From Coprobacillaceae bacterium (lineage in GTDB: Bacteria > Bacillota_I > Bacilli_A > Erysipelotrichales > Coprobacillaceae), in the NCBI GenBank assembly GCA_963675515.1, contig OY776328.1, positions 870,001 through 902,000 of the forward strand: 32,000 bases of DNA, in the 5' to 3' direction. Position 1 is the first letter of the stretch, and the number at the start of each line of letters is the position of its first letter. The translations under genes and the position numbers were made by a program. The notes beneath the pieces were generated by a model. That model did not search any database. It was given only the letters and a program-made list of their open reading frames with translations, and was not told the DNA's origin. Of this stretch, positions 29,576-32,000 are shown in pieces.

Positions 29576-30466
29576 ATGGACTTAAGACTATTGGAATACT
29601 TTCTGGCGGTGGTGGAAGCGGGCAACCTGTCAAAGGCGGCAACCAATCTGCATCTTACCCAGCCGACGCTGTCGCGCCAGCTCCAGCAGCTGGAGCAAAT
29701 ATATGGTACGAAACTTTTTATCCGGGGCAACCGTTCGATTACCCTGACTGATGGCGGGATGATTTTGAAAAGAAGGGCCCAGGAGATCCTTGAGCTCAAT
29801 GAAAAGACAATCCAGGAAATCCAGGAAAATGAGAGAAACCTTTCGGGAACGATTGCCATTGGATGCGGGGAATCGCTTGGTTCGACCATTGTTCCCAAGA
29901 TGATCAGGGGCTTTTCCCAGGCTCATCCCCGGGTTAAATACCAGCTCTATACCGGGGGTAATGAACTTTCCAAGGAAAAAATCAACGAAGGCATCGTCGA
30001 TTGTGCCATCGTACTCGCTCCAATCGACAGGAATTACTACAATTACATCGAGCTGCCGTATTTTGACAAATGGTGCGTGCTGATGCGCAAGGACGACCCG
30101 TTGGCCAGTTTCGATCTGATTGCCCACGACCAGCTGGAAGGACTGCCGCTAGCCATTCCCAACCGCAAGGAAGTTAAGGACACTTTCAATGAATGGATGG
30201 GCAGGGATGTATCGGAGCAGTTCAAGGTGGAATTCGACGTCAACTCCAATCTTGGCTTGCTTGTAAAAGAGGGCTTCTGTTATGGAATATCAATTGAAGG
30301 CGCAGCCCGGACGATTGTCGGTGAGGATCTGACATACCGCCTGCTCGAACCGGAAATATCGTCCCAGGCATTTTTGATCTGGAAAAAATCTGTCAAGACA
30401 TCCCAGGCTCTGGAAAAGTTTCTTGAAAGCGTCAATGAGATAATCAGTAAAATGGACACCAAATAA
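29576..30466 (+). CDS. LysR-family transcriptional regulator
   Basis: It has the N-terminal HTH MDLRLLEYFLAVVEAGNLSKAATNLHLTQPTLSRQLQQLEQIYGTKLFIR and a LysR substrate-binding C-domain. The start is chosen at the ATG with AGAAGG 8 nt upstream. The ORF track begins at an upstream GTG at 29567. Confidence 0.88.
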   Translation: MDLRLLEYFLAVVEAGNLSKAATNLHLTQPTLSRQLQQLEQIYGTKLFIRGNRSITLTDGGMILKRRAQEILELNEKTIQEIQENERNLSGTIAIGCGESLGSTIVPKMIRGFSQAHPRVKYQLYTGGNELSKEKINEGIVDCAIVLAPIDRNYYNYIELPYFDKWCVLMRKDDPLASFDLIAHDQLEGLPLAIPNRKEVKDTFNEWMGRDVSEQFKVEFDVNSNLGLLVKEGFCYGISIEGAARTIVGEDLTYRLLEPEISSQAFLIWKKSVKTSQALEKFLESVNEIISKMDTK

Positions 30467-30489
30467 GAATTTCAGTATCATCATAAGTA

Positions 30490-30522
30490 AAAAGACCCGT
30501 CAAAATTTGTGACGGGTCTTTT
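30490..30522. terminator. bidirectional Rho-independent terminator between the convergent LysR and Fe-S AKR genes
   Basis: AAAAGACCCGTCAaaatttgTGACGGGTCTTTT has a 9-bp G+C-rich core (13 bp including the A/T-tract pairs), flanked by A-tract and T-tract. Confidence 0.88.
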
Positions 30523-30539
30523 ATATCTTTACTTGATGA

Positions 30540-31634
30540 TTATTCGAATGTGGCAGCCACATCTTTGAGCAATTTGATGATCGGCAGTTTCTGCGGGCAG
30601 ATGTTCTCGCATTGGCCACACTCGATGCAATCTGACGCGTTGCCTTTGCCTTTGGTATGGACCCCATAGTAATAGCTGCTGTTCCAGTCGTTGAAGACCT
30701 TCTTGTCGTTGTAGCAGCCAAACAAGTCGGGAATCGAGATGTTCATCGGGCAGCCATCGACACAGTAGCGACAGGCAGTGCAGTCGATCCGGTCGAGCGA
30801 CTCGAGAATTTCACGGACTTTTACCACCGCTTCGTGTTCCTCATCGGTGAATGGTTTGAAATCCTTCATGAAGCTGATATTGTCATTCATCTGTTCGATG
30901 GTGCTCATGCCCGAAAGAACCTTGTAGACCCCTTCGAATGAAGCCGCAAATCTTAATGCATAGCTGGCATAGCTTGCGTTTGGATCTAGTTTGTCGAATA
31001 CCGCCTTGGCAGTCTCAGGCAGGTTGACCAGTCCGCCACCCTTGATCGGTTCCATTATCAATATCGGTTTTCCGTGCTTGCGGCAGATGTCGTAGGCTTT
31101 TTTACTTTGGACACTCGGATTATTGATGTCCATGTAGTTGAACTGGATCTGGACAATTTCGATTTCCGGATGTTCGGTCAATATCATATCCAGGACATCG
31201 GAAGTATCATGGAAAGAGATTCCGACGTGCTTGATTTTTCCTTCGGATTTTAGTTCCTGGGCGATTTCATAGGCCCGGTGCTTTTTGAAATGTTCATAGT
31301 TGTGGCGATCCTGGGCATGCATCAGGTAGTAGTCGAAATACTCCACTCCGGTGTCTTTTAGCTGCTGCATGAAAAATGGCCGGATAGCCTCTTCGCTGTT
31401 GAAGTAGCTGACGGTCAGCTTGTCGGTAAGAATGAATGAGTCGCGGGGATAACGGGCCACCAGGCAGTCCTTAAGGGCGAGTTCGCTTTTCCCGTTGATA
31501 TAGCCATGGGCCGTGTCGAAATAATTGAACCCGGCATCCATGTAGGTATCAATCATTAAATTGAACTGTTCGTAATCCACTTCGCCGTTTTTCATGGGCA
31601 GGCGCATGCACCCAAATCCGAATTTGTCTACCAT
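30540..31634 (-). CDS. aldo/keto reductase fused to a C-terminal 2x[4Fe-4S] ferredoxin-like domain
   Basis: 364 aa. The AKR N-terminal part carries GFGCMRLP and FDTAHGY. The C-terminal part carries CTACRYCVDGCP and CIECGQCENICP cysteine clusters. RBS is GAGGAG. Confidence 0.88.
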   Translation of the reverse strand: MVDKFGFGCMRLPMKNGEVDYEQFNLMIDTYMDAGFNYFDTAHGYINGKSELALKDCLVARYPRDSFILTDKLTVSYFNSEEAIRPFFMQQLKDTGVEYFDYYLMHAQDRHNYEHFKKHRAYEIAQELKSEGKIKHVGISFHDTSDVLDMILTEHPEIEIVQIQFNYMDINNPSVQSKKAYDICRKHGKPILIMEPIKGGGLVNLPETAKAVFDKLDPNASYASYALRFAASFEGVYKVLSGMSTIEQMNDNISFMKDFKPFTDEEHEAVVKVREILESLDRIDCTACRYCVDGCPMNISIPDLFGCYNDKKVFNDWNSSYYYGVHTKGKGNASDCIECGQCENICPQKLPIIKLLKDVAATFE

Positions 31635-31924
31635 TTGAATCTCCTCTTTTTCTTTAATCTAGTTGTTTTTCGCAATTTTGTTTACGCAAGTCAATACATT
31701 AATGCTAGCGGACATCCAATGCATATTAGTTTAATACAAAATCAAAAATTGCCTCTGGATTGAAGTCCCAGGGTATTAAAAAATATCGATTGTTTCAATT
31801 ACCAACTTCATCGTTATGTATGCAATTATATGGTTGGATATCCCGCATTAATAGGGCTATAATTAGGTTAAGGTACCATTTTGAAATATGATGGTCATTT
31901 TGCACCTTTAAAACCTCTATATTG

Positions 31925-31955
31925 ATTATAATTGATGGAGTTAACTCCATGTCAA
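31925..31955 (-). promoter_or_regulatory. MerR-type promoter (19-nt spacer) with the same dyad operator, facing the Fe-S AKR gene
   Basis: The - strand reads TTGACA (31955-31950), the spacer tggagttaactccatcaat (19 nt), then TATAAT (31930-31925). The 16-bp perfect palindrome ATGGAGTTAACTCCAT lies at 31935-31950. The first 21 of 22 nt from the -35 box onward are identical to the promoter at 22830. Confidence 0.65.
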
Positions 31956-32000
31956 CGTTAAATTGAATGTAACGTAATAATATTTTCTTTGCAAAAAATA

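Noticed and set aside
28507-30127. - strand ORFs at 28507-28968, 29019-29318, 29431-29898 and 29630-30127
   Set aside because: They are shadow ORFs antisense to the MFS and LysR genes in a G+C-rich stretch. They have no RBS or recognisable motifs.

Overview
This looks like a Bacillota-type chromosomal segment; that taxonomic call is an impression from gene content, RBS style and lipoprotein signals. Nearly all space is filled by confidently assignable genes. I saw no rRNA, tRNA or CRISPR array.

**Left part, 1-22.5 kb: carbohydrate catabolism**
- The window opens with the 3' bulk of a GH1 6-phospho-beta-glucosidase gene.
- A minus-strand msm/raffinose-type cluster follows: gtfA sucrose phosphorylase, an AraC/MsmR regulator, the msmE binding protein, msmF and msmG permeases, a GH36 alpha-galactosidase and a DUF624/YesL membrane protein. 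It has no ATPase gene.
- A second, plus-strand CUT1 sugar ABC transporter has a binding protein, two permeases and an MsmK-like ATPase. Its substrate is unknown.
- The Leloir genes are arranged as galK-galT divergent from galE-galR(LacI).
- A second, orphan AraC paralog closes this part.

**Right part, 22.8-32 kb: redox/carbonyl-detoxification-like island**
- One apparent operon encodes an aldo/keto reductase (AKR), an MFS transporter, an SDR oxidoreductase and a flavodoxin.
- An IS110-family insertion sequence follows it.
- Then come a second MFS transporter with a LysR regulator, and a convergent aldo/keto reductase fused to a 2x[4Fe-4S] domain.

**Most notable non-coding observations**
1. 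Two inward-facing promoters with 19-nt spacers carry the identical dyad TGGAGTTAACTCCA(T) directly after the -35 box. This is MerR-type architecture, and no MerR gene lies in the window.
2. The IS110-family element has about 0.2 kb non-coding ends that could encode a bridge RNA. An 8-bp direct repeat marks candidate boundaries.
3. Three palindromic TTTTAC-TAAAA operators, phased exactly 22 bp apart, interlock with the divergent galT/galE promoters.
4. Three cre-like boxes each sit 5-8 nt downstream of the -10 box of a sugar promoter.

Everything here is read by eye from the sequence and the ORF track; no database search was run.
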